From contig NC_043010.1 of assembly GCF_006345805.1 (NCBI RefSeq), positions 34,472,001 through 34,536,000 of the forward strand: a stretch of 64,000 bases of DNA. The letters run 5' to 3'. The notes under the pieces were generated by a model. The model saw only the letters and a program-made list of their open reading frames with translations, was not told where the DNA came from and searched no databases. Of this stretch, positions 39,710 to 53,454 are shown piece after piece; positions within the stretch are counted from its first letter, which is position 1; every line of letters starts with the position of its first letter. The translations under genes were made by a program, and so were the position numbers. The DNA is from Octopus sinensis. Lineage: Eukaryota.

Positions 39710-39918
39710 TATACATATATATAAATATATATATATATATAGTACGTTTATATATTTGTTGTGCAAGATTTTTTCTGTGAAGTCGTGTGTTGAAACAGAT
39801 ATTGTTATATTTCAGAATGGTCATTTTGCCAGTTTAGCCAATAAAAACACAAGCACTATATATTTGGTGTTACTTTGCTTCAGTGTTATTTATTTTATAT
39901 TAATCTTAATCTTATTTC

Positions 39919-39963
39919 GGCCAGAGTTCTTTCGTCACACTCCTGTGACTGCATCAGTGGTCC
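39919..39963 (-). ncRNA. Minimal type I hammerhead-ribozyme-like motif (left arm of palindrome)
   Basis: GGACCA CTGATG(C)A GTCAC-AGGAGT-GTGAC GAA AG-AA-CT C TGGCC: 5-bp helix II, GAAA, 2-bp helix III, CUC triplet, helix I GGACCA/TGG-CC. One extra or altered base in the CUGANGA core. Confidence 0.5.
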
Positions 39964-40050
39964 TTTGTTTTCTTCTTTCTTATTTGTGTCTTACTAACCG
40001 TCAGCTGACGGTTAGTAAGGAGAGACACAAATAAGAAAGAAGAAAACAAA

Positions 40051-40095
40051 GGACTACTGATGCAGTCACAGGAGTGTGACGAAAGAACTCTGGCC
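40051..40095 (+). ncRNA. Minimal type I hammerhead-ribozyme-like motif (right arm of palindrome)
   Basis: GGACTA CTGATGCA GTCAC AGGAGT GTGAC GAAAGAACTC TGGCC; mirror copy of 39919-39963 with one substitution that converts a C-G pair in helix I to U-G. Confidence 0.5.
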
Positions 40096-40207
40096 GAAAT
40101 AAGATTAAGATTAATATAAAATAAATAACACTGAAGCAAAGTAACACCAAATATATAGTGCTTGTGTTTTTATTGGCTAAACTGGCAAAATGACTATTCC
40201 GAAATAT

Positions 40208-40259
<52 letters not shown>

Positions 40260-40260
<1 letters not shown>

Positions 40261-40596
40261 TGACCCCCTTCGGTCAGACAATGACCATGGGTTTGCACCT
40301 AGAGAGTTACCCTCTGAGGCACAAGTCTGGGCAAGATTGTTTTTATGGAAGACCAGCAGTCGCCCATGCATACTGGCCTCCCCTCTCCACGTCACCGATG
40401 TTGTCCAAGGGAAAGGCAAGGGCCGATACAGCTTGGCACCTGTGACGTCGCAACTCGTTTCTACAGCTGAGTGAACTGGAGCAACGTGAAATAAAGTGTC
40501 TTGCTCAAGAACACAACACGCAGCCCGGTCCAGGATTCGAGCTCACAACCTCACGATCATAAGCTCGATGCTTGTAACCGCTGAGCCACGCGCCTT
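40260..40596 (-). mobile_element. tRNA-derived SINE family E (second copy at about 29990-30295, +)
   Basis: Head GGCGCGTGGCTCAGCGGTTA...GGTTGTGAGCTCGAATCCTGGACC; body shared with 29990-30295. Confidence 0.8.
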
Positions 40597-41265
40597 ATAT
40601 ATATATATAGTTAATCCAAACATGAACAAAGAGAAAACACAACAATGCGAGGACGTGGAACAAGTATAGTGTTATTGGACACTCAGGAAAGGAAAGAAAG
40701 AAGGAGGATTTAACGTTTTGTGCGGAGCTCTTTGTCAGAAACGTAGAAAAAGGAAATGTCTAATGAAGGGAAGACGGAGAAAGAAAATCGCCAATGATAC
40801 ACACGTGGTCTCTCTCTCTCTCACTATATATATATATATATAAGTGGGTGAACAAGGGAAATTAGTATTCAGCACATTGATATGAGTTACATATGTGTGT
40901 GTGTGCATGGTCTTCAAATCACAACATCGTGCCATCTTGACAAAGTGAGATTACACTGGACAAGTGTAGATATAGAAAAAAGATGCAGTAGGTAGAGTCA
41001 AAATGCCATCCACCAAGGCCTAAACAATCACTATCTCTGAAATAGCCTAGTCCACCTATTTCTAAATAAATACAATATGAGGAACAATTAGGAGGAAACA
41101 AGGTTTTGCAGCAAACAAGAGAACCAGGGGTGGTTGTTCCACAGAGGTTACTTGCCTTATAAAATATATAGACAAAATCTTTAATGCTATCTTTATAGTA
41201 TCAGTCTAGGCTATGGAACTACCCTTCACCATACACACAGATCTGTCTATCTGTATGTCTGATTG

Positions 41266-41330
<65 letters not shown>

Positions 41331-41382
41331 ATATCTATCTATCTACCTACCTACATACCTACCTACCTACCTACCTACCTAA

Positions 41383-41432
<50 letters not shown>

Positions 41433-41957
41433 GTGCATGCGTGTATATGTGTATGTATATGCATGTATATGTATGTATGCATGTGAAGAGACACTAACAC
41501 ACAAACACACACACACACACACATCAAATAAGGGAGTAGAGAGTGGGAGAGAGAGACTCATACTATATTTTTTTGAGACAAACAAGACAAATGTCAAAAA
41601 AAAAGAGCAAGATGAAGAAATATTTACCAAAAGCATTCTTTTAGATAACACTAAAGAAGTAAAAATACCAACAGTTTCTTTACTTACTACACAAACACAT
41701 ACAAAAATCACTCAGATACATACATCAAAATTAGGTGCTAGGTGTGATAAACAAATGGTAAGATTCTCATGAAATGGAAGTGTCTGGGACATAATATCAA
41801 TTCTCTACTACAATATATTTTCAGTTACTTTGCTAATATCCCTGGGGTGAAAAAACAACCTCACAAAGTCATTTCTTTGAGAGTTTTTCCATTTCTTATC
41901 TTCTTCTGTAATTAACTATGGTTTCATACTTACGTAAAAAATGTGTTGCATACATAC

Positions 41958-41989
<32 letters not shown>

Positions 41990-41991
41990 GA

Positions 41992-42023
<32 letters not shown>

Positions 42024-42747
42024 CATGCTTATATACATATAAAGATATGTATATGTATCTTTGTATCTATAACCATCAGTCACGCACCATGCATAAATAC
42101 TCAGGGGAAGCAGAAAGCATTAATAACATAAACTGTTGACAATGAGCCTTATCACTTTGAAACAATGCACAGCAGATTCCTTGTGTTTACTTAAAACATT
42201 CGTTGCTTACCTTCAGAAAACAAAAATTATGAGAAACAACAGGTTCAACATTTTATCAAACAACCACTCAACCATTTTTTTTCCTGCTATATCTTGTGGT
42301 TCAAAATGTTTTGATAATTATATTTTGTGTCACTGCACTGTTGAAAATGTTTCTGATCAGGTGTTCTTTTACCATTTTCAATAACGTTTGACTTCATAAT
42401 ACTTCTCAGACAGATTCTTTCGTGATTCATTATTCCATATTTGTAAGTGGATAAATTTTGAAATAGAATATATCTCTAGAAACTAGGTCAACTATTAGAG
42501 CCAGACAATGGGACTAATGAATATATCCAATCAATGCCTTAAGTATTAAAATATGAAAGTATTCAAATTATAAAAATACTTTCCAGATGTGCTGATTGTT
42601 TGTGTCTGTCCATACACATATCTAATCTGTAGCAAAGAATAGGAATTAGTCTTCTATTCTGTTACCATATGTAATGCATATGATGCTTCAGTCATGGCAC
42701 ATTGTTTAATATAGTCATATTGATATATATATATATATATATATATA

Positions 42748-43163
42748 GGCGCAGGAGTGGCTGTGTGGTAAGTAGCTTGTTTACCAACCACAAGGTTCCG
42801 GGTTCAGTCCCACCGCGTGGCACCTTGGGCAAGTGTCTCCTGCTATAGCCTCGGGCCGACCAAAGCCTTGTTAGTGGATTTGGTAGACGGAAACTAAAAG
42901 AAGCCCGTCGTATATATGTATATATAGATATATGCATGTGTGTGTTTGTGTATCTGTGTTTGTCTCCCTAGCATTGCTTGACAACCGATGCTGGTGTGTT
43001 TATGTCCCCGTTGCTTAGCGGTTCGGCAAAAGAGACCGATAGAATAAGTACTGGGCTTACAAAAGAATAAGTCCCGGGGTTGAGTTGCTCGATTAAAGGC
43101 GGTGCTCCAGCATGGCCACAGTCAAATGACTGAAACAAGTAAAAGAGTAAAAGAGTAAAAGAG
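42748..43163 (+). mobile_element. tRNA-derived SINE, family A (representative full-length copy)
   Basis: A-box TGGCTGTGTGG, B-box GGTTCAGTCCC, central (TA)/(TG)n, tail (GTAAAAGA)n. Related copies at about 43649-44050(+), 48827-49247(+), 46568-46970(-), 27177-27616(-), 26820-27150(-), 52880-53330(+), 54905-55345(-), 62437-62738(+), and half copies at 9900-10070, 13990-14220, 58730-59210, 60165-60330. Confidence 0.9.
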
Positions 43164-43189
43164 TATATATATATATATATATATATATG

Positions 43190-43638
43190 AGCACAGCCGG
43201 ACGGCCTTCTGTGCTTACTTTGGATCGTAGGGCAACCTGCTGTGCTTGAGGAGACCTATTGAGTCAAGTACATCAACATCAAAATAAAAATCAAATGTAA
43301 ATTGTAGTTGTGATACCCATGCCGGTGGCACATAAAAAGCACCATCTGAACGTGGCTAATGCCAGCGCCGCCTTGACTGGCTTCCGTGCTGGTGGCACGT
43401 AAAAACACCAACTGATCGTAGTCTTTTCCAGCCTCCCCTGGCTCCTGTGCCAATGGTACATAAAAAGCACACACTACACTCATGGAGTGGTTGGTGTTAG
43501 GAAGGGCATCCAGCTGTAGAAACACTGCCAGATCAGACTGGAGCCTGGTGCAGCCATCTGGTTCGCCAGTCCTCAGTCAAATCGTCCAACCCATGCTAGC
43601 ATGGAAAGTGGACATTAAACGATAATGATGATGATGAT
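43190..43638 (+). mobile_element. SINE family B with (GAT)n tail (representative copy)
   Basis: Ends CCATGCTAGCATGGAAAGTGGACATTAAACGATAATGATG. Related copies at about 8160-8412(+), 37160-37420(+), 60445-60623(+), 23262-23548(-), 2341-2454(-), 3500-3715(-), 13080-13310(-). Confidence 0.85.
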
Positions 43639-44689
43639 TTATATTTATGCGCAGGAGTGGCTGTGTGGTATGTAGCTTGCTTACCAACCACATGGTTCAA
43701 GATTCAGTCCCACTGCGTGGCACCTTGGGCAAGTGTCTTCTACTATAGCCTTGGGCTAACCAAAGCCTAGTGAGTGGATTTGGTAGATGGAAACTGAAAG
43801 AAGCCCGTCGTATATATGTATATATATAAATGTGTGTGTGTGTGTGTGTCTGTGTTTATCCCCCCAACATCGCTTGACAACTGATGCTGGTGTGCTTACG
43901 TCCCCATAACTTAGGTGTTCAGCAAAAGAGACCGATAGAATAAGTACTAGACTTACAAAGAATAAGTCCTGGGGTCGATTTGCTTGACTAAAGGTGGTGC
44001 TCCAGCATGGCCACAGTCAAATGACTGAAACAAGTAAAAGAGTAAAAGAGTATGTGTGTGTGGATGGAGGGGGGTGATGGCATTATCAGTTTTTCTGGTT
44101 GACAAAATGTCTTTGAAGTTGTGTGGAATAAGTGATCTCTTATCTAAAAATAAAGGTAAGAGTTAATGTCGGGAAGGGCATCTGGTAGTGAAACAATGCC
44201 TGAAATTACATATTCAGCCAGCCCATGTAAGCAGACCTTAGATGTCAATCCAATCTCCACTTGTAAATGGATGGACTCTCCGGAACTTTAGCTGTCTGAA
44301 TCAACTAGTGCCTGATGACACTTAATCAGCAGTATAAATCATCTGTCTCCCTCTCTCTCTTTCACTCTCCCTCTCTCTCTCTCCATGTTTCCTGGAGATT
44401 CCCCCTTTCACATCAAACACCAGGTCCCACTCGCACTAATACCATATGTTGCAAGCAGTGGTCATATTTGTTCATGTCCATCTCACACCAGAACGACCTC
44501 CACACATGCAAAAATACACAAATACACACACACACACACGCACACACACACACGCACACACACACATACAATGTCTCCATCACATACACTTTACACTGTC
44601 TGTTCCATCACATGCAAAAATCAATAGTTTCTTGTATTTTCTCTTTCACAGACACAGACTGTTGACATTAGTTGTTGGTGGTATTGACG

Positions 44690-44772
44690 GCAGTTGTAAT
44701 AGTAGTGGTGATAGTTTGGTGGTGGTGATGGCGGCAGTGATGATAGATGAAGTGGTGGTGGTAGTGGTGGTA

Positions 44773-44817
<45 letters not shown>

Positions 44818-44819
44818 AC

Positions 44820-44850
<31 letters not shown>

Positions 44851-45051
44851 ACAGTAGTAGTAGTGATGGTGTGTTTGTGGAGTTGGTGGTGGTTGTGGGC
44901 GGAATGACAAAGGTGGTGGTGTGTGAGGTGTGAGGTGTATAGATGTCAGTTGTAGGATGCTGATGTTGGAGATAGTGGTATGATAGTGGTGGTGGCTGTA
45001 GTGATTGTAGTAGTAGTAGTGGTGATGGTGGTGGTGGTGGTAGTAGTAGTA

Positions 45052-45098
<47 letters not shown>

Positions 45099-45387
45099 TG
45101 TAGTAGTAGTAGTAGTAGTTGTAGCTGTTGCTGTTAAGCCCCCACTGGTCAGTCCTCACTGAGCAGACCTATGATCAAAAGTGTTCCAGCCATGACTGTC
45201 CAGCCATTTGTTTTCATCAGTATCGAGTATTTCTTACTCCATTACCAGATGTAATCTTAAAAATATATTTTTTTATAAGATGGTCGAACATGATTTAAAG
45301 AAAATGTGACTGTTATTCCTTGTAGGTCAAGTGACCTAGCAGCAGTAGCAGTAGTAATAGTGACAGCAGTAGCAGTAGTAATAGTGA

Positions 45388-45421
<34 letters not shown>

Positions 45422-45480
45422 TGTAGTAGTTGTTGTAGTAGTAGTAGTAGTAGTAGTAGTAGTTGATGATGATGATGATG
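44690..45480. repeat. (GTA)n/(GTG)n/(GCA)n trinucleotide repeat block
   Basis: Directly visible; poly-V, poly-Y and poly-T pseudo-ORFs. Confidence 0.9.
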
Positions 45481-48471
45481 GTATGGCCTGGATTGGGGGT
45501 CTATGAAGGTGGGTGATGGCTGGGTGGAGAAAAGTTGGAAGAGGAGAGCAGGGGGTGAGGGAGAGAAAGAGGAAAGATCCAGTCATCATGGTGGACTGTG
45601 TTATTAGTAGAGAGTGAGGCGGCAGACGTGGAGATGTGGGGGAGGTAATGTGTGGTATGATGGATTAACTTGATGCGTGGTGGTGGTACTGGCAGGAGAG
45701 GAGTAGACACATAGAATCAGCTGAATGTCATTTGTGAATTTGTCTGGTGTGTGTGTGTGTGTGTGGGTGTGTGTGTGTGTGTGAGTGTGTGTGTGCGTGT
45801 GTGTGAGTGTGTTTGTGTGTAGATGGTTTTATATATATATGGTTGTGTGTATATTTATGAGTGCATTTCAGAAGAAATGCATGCATGCATGTATGTATGT
45901 ATGTATGTATGTATGTATGTATGTACATATGCATATTTGTCTGTCTGTCTGTATGTATGTATGTGTGTGTACATGAATGTGCATATTTCTTAAGTTTATG
46001 CGTATGTCTGAGTGAAAAAGTTTGTGTGTGTGTGTGTTTGTGTGTATGTGTGTGTCTATGTGTGTAGAGACAGTTATATATATATATATATGAATGCATG
46101 AATATATATGTATGTATCCAATGGAAATGTTTGTATGTATGCAAGTATGTATGTATGTAAGTGTACATGTACATTTATGTCTGTGTGTTTGTCTGGATAG
46201 ATGAAAAATGTTTGTGTGCGTATGTGTATGTTTGTGTGTATGTGTGTGTGTGTGTATGTGTTTGCGTGTGCGTGTCATTAAGAAAGCGTCTATATGTAAT
46301 AAATAACATTATTATATATGACAATATAATACTAATATTACATTCGTCATACGTCTACTGTGACCTGGTCACTGACATTCGATAGATTAGTCATGATCAG
46401 CTTCCAGCAGAAACAGTGGAATAGTATGTCAACTGACCAGGTCAGATTTTGGTAATAAACAAGGGAGTGTCTGAGTCAGCAATTCTCAATTGCAGCTCCT
46501 AGGGCCACACGCAGCCTGCAAGCATCTGGCTGGTGACCCTGCGATGGTCTTCCCTCAATAAATATATTCTTTTATTCTTTTACTTGTTTCAGTCACTTCA
46601 CTGCAGCCATTCTGGAGCATCACCTTTAGTCGAGCAAATCGACCCCAGGACTTATTTTTTGTAAGCCTAGTACTTATTCTATTGGTCTCTTTTGCCGAAC
46701 TGCTAAGTTATGGGGACGTAAACACACCAGCATTGGTTGTCAAGTGATGGTGGGGGGGACAAACACAAACACAAACAAATACATATATATATACATATGT
46801 CAACATATACGACGGGCTTCTTTCAGCTTCCGTCTACCAAATCCACCCACAAGGCTTTGGTCGGCCCGAAGCTATAGTAGAAGACACTTGCCCAAGGTGC
46901 CACATAGTGGGACTGAACCTGGAACCATGTGGTTGGTAAGCAAGCTACTTACCACAGAGTCACTTCTGTGTATGATAAATTTTTCTTTAATTGATTTGTA
47001 TTTTACTTTTTTTGGCATAAACCCTGATAAAAATTCAAGTTTTGAAACTGACCTGAATATTAGAAAGTTTGAGAACTTCTAATCTTATGGTTGCTTGACC
47101 TGTTAGAAATTGCAGCCAAATTTCCCTCAAATTATACCTAGCTCTTTTAATAAAATAAGGGAGGGTACTTTAGATTATGTAGTCCTATAATTGTTATTGT
47201 TGTCACTGTCACCATCATGACTCCCCATTGCTGTTACCTCCACATTCCCCTCCATCACCATTTTACATCTGCTTTTCCATACTGGCATGGGTTGTATGAG
47301 TTTTCTGAGGCAGTATTTAAGGGTTGCATGCTCATAAATAACGCCTCCCTTTTAGTTACCTTATACTACATGCAGGACATGCTTAACCTAAATCCTGGAA
47401 TGCACACAATAAACAGTCCTGGACAGAGTTTACTGAGAAAACCGCCCCCCAAAAAACCCCCCAAACAAAACAGGATAACATGACTGCTTGAACACCTTTG
47501 ATCACAGGTCTACTTGATCAGGACTGACCCAGGGCTAAACAACAAGAGCAACAATAACAAGGGATTGAAGAATAGGAGAATATTTTGTTGAAGGAGATGG
47601 TGTGGAACACCCCATGCTAACCACCATTCTTTGATTCTAAAGAAAATCCCAGCTTTGGGGCATAGTTTCTTATAATCTTGGGTAGCCCCTGTTCAGCCCC
47701 TGTTCCTTAGAAAGAAAACAGAGTACTAATTACAGGTAGGCTTAGAAAGTCAAATATTCTATTTATGTTCTCTTCTACCTTTCATCCTCTTTCCCGCCTT
47801 CTTACCCTAACTTTCTCTCTGTTTCTTTTTTCTTCTCTCTCTTTTTTACTCATACCCTCTACCTTTTTTCTCTCCTCCTCTTCCTACTCCCCTTTCTCTG
47901 ACATTCTTCATCTTGCTCTGTTCTGATACATAGACATAAACACATAGACATACATGTACAGATACACACACACACACACACACCCTTTCACATATACACA
48001 TACACAATCCAATACAGACTCACACACACACATGCGTGCACCAGGCATGTCAAACGTATACACCAAGAAGTGGGAACCTCTATGTGACTGCTTGATCTGC
48101 AAGAAATAGCAGCAAAATCTCCCTCAAATTACATCCTACTCTCTTTGGTAATGAAAGAACACAATGCATAATATAGTCTGGAATATTTTTGATCATATGT
48201 CTTCTCAATCAAGGCTGACCTGGGGCATAAGGCCCGAAATTTTTGGGGAGGAGCCAGTCGATTAGATTGACCCCAGTTTGCAACCGGTACTTAATTTATT
48301 GATCTCGAAAGGATGAAACGTAAAGTTGGCTTCGGCGGAATTTGAACTTAAAATGTAAAACAGACGAAACACAGCTTAGCAGTTCGTGCTAACGTTTCTA
48401 CCAGCTCACTGCCTTACAAGTATTCATATATAAAATGCATGCACAGACACAAACTGAGATAATTACTTATT

Positions 48472-48527
<56 letters not shown>

Positions 48528-49614
48528 ACACACATACCACACACATGCACAGGCTTCCTATGCACAGTCAAGGAAGTCTGTGCATAGTCATTTGGAATCC
48601 AAGAAATAGCAGTCAACTCTCCCACAAATAACATCTTAGCATCTTAAAAAATGAAATCATTGGTCCTGGATTTCCTGTACATATGAAGAATATGGGGTAA
48701 GCACAGTGAGAATACCTTTAATTATAATTCTACTTAATCAAGTTTGATTGATTTGGGGCTCAACAACAAAAAAACAACAACAACAATAGTATACAAGCAC
48801 ATAATTAAAACAAGCATGCACAAATAGGTGTAGGAGTGGCTGTGTGGTAAGTAGCTTGCTTATGAACCATATGGTTCCGGGTTCAGTCCCACTGCGTGGC
48901 ACCTTGGGCATGTGTCTTCTACTATAGCCTCGGGCTGACCAAAGTCTTGTGAGTGGATTTGGTAGATGAAAACTGAAAGAAGCCCGTCGTATATATGTAT
49001 ATATATATATATGTATGTGTATATGTATATATTTGTGTGTCTATGTTTGTCCCCCCCTCCACAACATCGCTTGACAACCGATGCTGGTGTGTTTATGTCC
49101 CCGTAACTTAGAGATTCAGCAAAAGAGACCGATAGAATAAGTACTAGGCTTACAAAGAATAAATCCTGGGGGTCGATTTGCTTGACTAAAGGCGGTACTC
49201 CAGCATGGCCACAGTCAAATGACTGAAACAAGTAAAAGAGTAAAGAGAAAATGCCACTTGACAAACACAGACATACACACACATACAAACACACACAAAC
49301 ACATGACTTGTGAATACACCCACAGTTGCAGAGATGCACACATATGTGCAAAGAGGCAGGATACATGTGCAACAGATACAAGCATAATGCATAACATACT
49401 CACTTATATATACACAAACACACACATGTGCACACACTCACACATACACACGCAGACAGACACACACACACACACATCCATGCCAAGAGATTATCAATTA
49501 TACTCCAGTCAATTCCTTCACCCACACTATTTGCTGTTGCTGGTCTGGTAGCCATAGCAACTGTTGTTTGAATTGTTATTTATTAAAAGAGGAAAAAAAC
49601 TCAAAAAGAGAGAA

Positions 49615-49693
<79 letters not shown>

Positions 49694-50394
49694 CATCGGC
49701 TAGGATCGAAAGTTCTATAGCCATTCAGTAGTCTGTTCCTTGAGTAAATATAACTAACACCCCATCTCCACAACAAAATCAACTTGTTTCACCCAGCGCT
49801 GAAGGCCCCTCATATATGCTTTTCTTTCTAAATCACTGACTTTCAAAGGTTCAATGTGAATACAATAACTGTTTTACCTATATACAACAGGGCCTGAACA
49901 AGCTATGAGCACAACTCCTTCCTTAGGATAGTTAATAAACCACACTTACACTCGCATATGTACCCCACCCATTCTTTTAATTAACTTTAAATTACAGATG
50001 CAGAATATATGTATATATAACTTTTGTAGAAACAGCTGTTAAGCACAAAGACTCTCTACATGGCTGCTTAACTTGCTAAAAGTAGTAATTAAATCTTTTA
50101 AAAATCATATCCATTGTCTTAGAAAAGGACACAGAGTATAATGTGATCCTGATTTACCATCACACAGGAAAAAACAGAATAGGTATAATTAGAATACCTT
50201 TGATAAGGGCTGACCTGGAGTTAAATAGCAGTAACAATAACAAATTTTAAATTCATGCAATGGTCAAGCCAATGGAGTCCCTATGTGATTTCTTTGCTCT
50301 ACTAGAAATAACAGCCACATCTTGTGTCTTAAAAAAGAACGGTTATATTAGATAAAGTCGTTCTAAATGTTCTATACCTGGAAAAAAAAAAGCT

Positions 50395-50690
50395 GGTCAC
50401 CCAGTGCATTCTGTAAAGTGGGGGTTGAGAAGACCTTTTTAAACTTGTAACAGACATAGCATCCTTTGTAGTGTTGGTGGACCCCAGGACACTCTGTAAA
50501 GTGGTTGGCAAATGAAGTTGAGAAGATCCTTTAGTCTTGTAAAGGACATGACTATCTCTCTAATATAGGTGCCATCCAGGACACTCTTTAAGGTGGTTGG
50601 TGAGTGAGCATAGACAGGGATGAGTGGACAAGGAAACCCTTTAGTCTTGATGAGGACATAGTAATCACTCTAGTGTTGGTGTCACAATAA
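50395..50690. repeat. Three diverged ~85-110-bp tandem units
   Basis: Recurring CCAG(G/T)(A/G)CA(C/T)TCT.TAAAGTGG...GA..CC(T)TT(T)A.(T)CTTG...GACAT...AGTGTTGGTG. Confidence 0.75.
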
Positions 50691-50711
50691 AATGTATGCA
50701 TTATAAACTAT

Positions 50712-51010
50712 GTGGAGGCATAATGGCCCAGTGGTTAGGGCAGCGGACTCATGGTCAGAGAATCACGGTTTCAATTCTCAGACCGGGCATTGTGTTATTG
50801 AGCAAAAACACCTAAAAGCTCCATGAGGCTCCGGCAGGGGGTGGTGACAACCCCTGTTGTACTCTTTCGCTACAACTTTCTCTCACTCTCTCTTCCTGTT
50901 TCTTGAGTAACACTGTGATGGACAGGTGTCTTGTCCAGCTGGGGGGAACACATATGCCACAGAAACTGGGAAACCGGGCCCATGAGCCTGGCTAGGCTTG
51001 AAAAGGGTGA
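50712..51010 (+). mobile_element. tRNA-derived SINE family I (second copy at about 1875-2090, -)
   Basis: TGGCCCAGTGGTTAGGGCAGCGGACTC...GGTTTCAATTCTCAGACC head; shared AAAAGCTCCATGAGGCTCCGGCAGGGGGTGGTG...GTACTCTTTCGCTACAACTTTCTCTCACTCT body. Confidence 0.75.
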
Positions 51011-51059
51011 TGTTTATCATTATTATTAACTATGGATGTACAAGATGTGTAGCAGGATC

Positions 51060-51710
51060 ACAGGTAAGCTGATAGGTAAGGTAGGCTTCATATGTATCAA
51101 ATGCACTGAAGTAGTTAACAGTAAGAGTATATGTGAAATTCCATCCAATGCTCTGAAGGCTCTCTAAAAGTAGTTGACAGCTTGTCTTACTTAGGCAACC
51201 TAATTAACAGTATAGTTGCCAGAATAAGAACAGGGCATAACAATTCAGGTAGCTATGCTGGCAACAAAGGTTAGATTGTATGAAGCAGATATACATGAAG
51301 TGTGATGCTGTGTAATAGTAAAATATGGGTCTTCAATGTGAAGGATTTATGAAATTCAGAAAGTAATGAAACAAGCACTTTTCTGCCGGATGTGTAGTGT
51401 TTGTGTCCATGAACAATGGAGCACAAATAAGCTAAGAGAAAAGGTGGATATTTGAGAAGTCGGATGTTGTATGTAACAGAGAAAATTAAACTGGTGTAGT
51501 CATGTGATGTGTAAGGAGAAAGCTGGTTGTAAAAAGAAGTGCCAAGCGTTCTTGGCAGATGAAAGCTGCAGAGGAAAAAGGAGGCTTAAGAACATATGGG
51601 ACAAAATGAAGAAGAAGTTTAACCTCGTACAAAGATGACAAATAACTGAGATGAAGCACTGAGCTAGAGATGACCCACCTAGTACTTGCAAGCAAAGAAA
51701 ACACAGAAAT
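51060..51710 (+). mobile_element. Decayed RTE-clade LINE ORF2 C-terminal part
   Basis: Broken motifs VVDSLSYLGNLI, SIVARIRTG, K.RLYEA, VML..S.IW, W..HVM and RGKRR.KN.WD, typical of the RTE post-RT region. Confidence 0.7.
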
Positions 51711-53039
51711 AATGATGGTGGTGGTGATGGAGACTGGGATGTGTTTCTACATATGAGTCACTCCCAGCCATTATATTCACATTATGTCTCCATATACTAT
51801 TTTTTTCCTCTTTTTTCTTCATTACTTTCTCATCTATAACTCACTCTCCTTCTTATCAATGTACCTCCCTGCTATCACACCATCCGTTTCCTGTCCTGCC
51901 ATCTGTGTAATGCAGGATGATATCACATTGGATATGTTTATACTGAATCCTCCTCTACCATCATCCCTTCTTTATTGCAAACCATCACACATTCTCTTTC
52001 ATTACTCCATCCCTTATCATTTGTTACTGACATCCATGACATATACTCTCTTACCATCATCTCTTACCTTCACTGTTATCTATTACTGTCTCTGACATTA
52101 TTCTTCCTCAACTCCTCATCATTGACATCAATCATACTTCCTCACTTCCTCTTCTGTCAGCCTGTGTCTTTCTTATCAACCTCTTTTCTCATCACATCAC
52201 TTATGCTATTTATATTCAATCTCCTTACCAATAATCCTCATGCAGCAACCTATCACACTTTCTCTTCTTTAATACTCTTCTCTGTCACCCTTTTGCTCCA
52301 ATTACTCTGGTTCTCCTCCATTACTTTCATCTCTATAACTCCCTTGCTATGGCTCTCTTTCATCATTCTCTCTTTTATCTGATAAAGAAGAGACAAGACA
52401 ACCTTCTGGTGCTGGTGAATGACTGGATGGAGACGCACAGGGTAGAGAGGATTCATTAGACTCAGAAGGGACAAGACAACTCTTTAGTGCTGGTCCACAA
52501 TAAAGTATAAATACACTGCAAAGTTGCTGGTGATAAGAAGTTGCTGGTGATAGGAAACATGCTGTAACGGAATGTATGAATGAGAGATGGTCTTAGGGGG
52601 AAGCAACTTTGAATAAAATTTGACCTGGTTTGTGACTTCTAATCCAATTTATGCTAACATATAAAACCAGACATTAATTGATGATGATGATGATAAATAA
52701 ATAAATAAATAAATATATATATATTGATAGAAATGGTAAGACAACAAAAGAATGAAAGAGACGTCGATATTATGCAAATAGAGAAATTTATCTGTAAATT
52801 ACAGATATATATAACTATATATATATACATAGCACTTAGAGCTTACACTTAGGCTGTGCAAGCACAGGCATAGCTGTGTAGGTACAAAGATGGATGCATG
52901 GTAATAAACTAGCTTCCCAACCATATGGTTTCAGATTTAGTCCTGCTGTGTGGCACTTTGGCCAAATGTTTTCCACTGTAACCTCAGAGTGACCAAAGTC
53001 TTGTGAGTGGATTCGGGAGACAAAAACTGACAGGAGCCT

Positions 53040-53114
<75 letters not shown>

Positions 53115-53454
53115 TGTGCATGTGCATGCGTACTTGTGTTTGTCCCCTCACACCTTGTGACAACCAGTGTTAGTTTGTCTATGCCCCTGTAATGTAGCAG
53201 TCTGGCAAAAGTGGCTGACAAAATAAGTGCTAGACTTTAAAAAAATAAGTATTGGGGTTGATTTGTCTAATTGTCCTATTGAAACCCTTCAAGGGAGTGC
53301 CCCAGTCCAATGATTGAGACAAGTAAAAGATATATATATATATATAAATATATATATATAATATATATATATATCATCATCATCATCATCATCATCATTT
53401 GATGTTGGCCTTCCATGCTGGCATGATACGTGGGGTTGCTGAAAAATTCCTAGC

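Larger units (their letters stand above)
39799..40215. repeat. 417-bp spacerless palindrome abutting (TA)n
   Basis: Arms 39799-40004 and 40005-40215, centre ...TCAG|CTGA...; 3 substitutions and one 5-nt indel seen between the arms. Confidence 0.95.

Noticed and set aside
41577-41758. + strand open stretch ending in AAATG|gtaaga
   Set aside because: Low-complexity A-rich sequence, poor acceptor, no homology.
49770-49850. Minus-strand SDLERKAYMRGLQRWVKQVDFVVEMG
   Set aside because: Protein-like, but splice sites are weak and there are no partner exons.
50395-50690. CRISPR-like repeat-spacer array
   Set aside because: Eukaryotic context, three whole-unit diverged tandem copies with no unique spacers and no cas genes.
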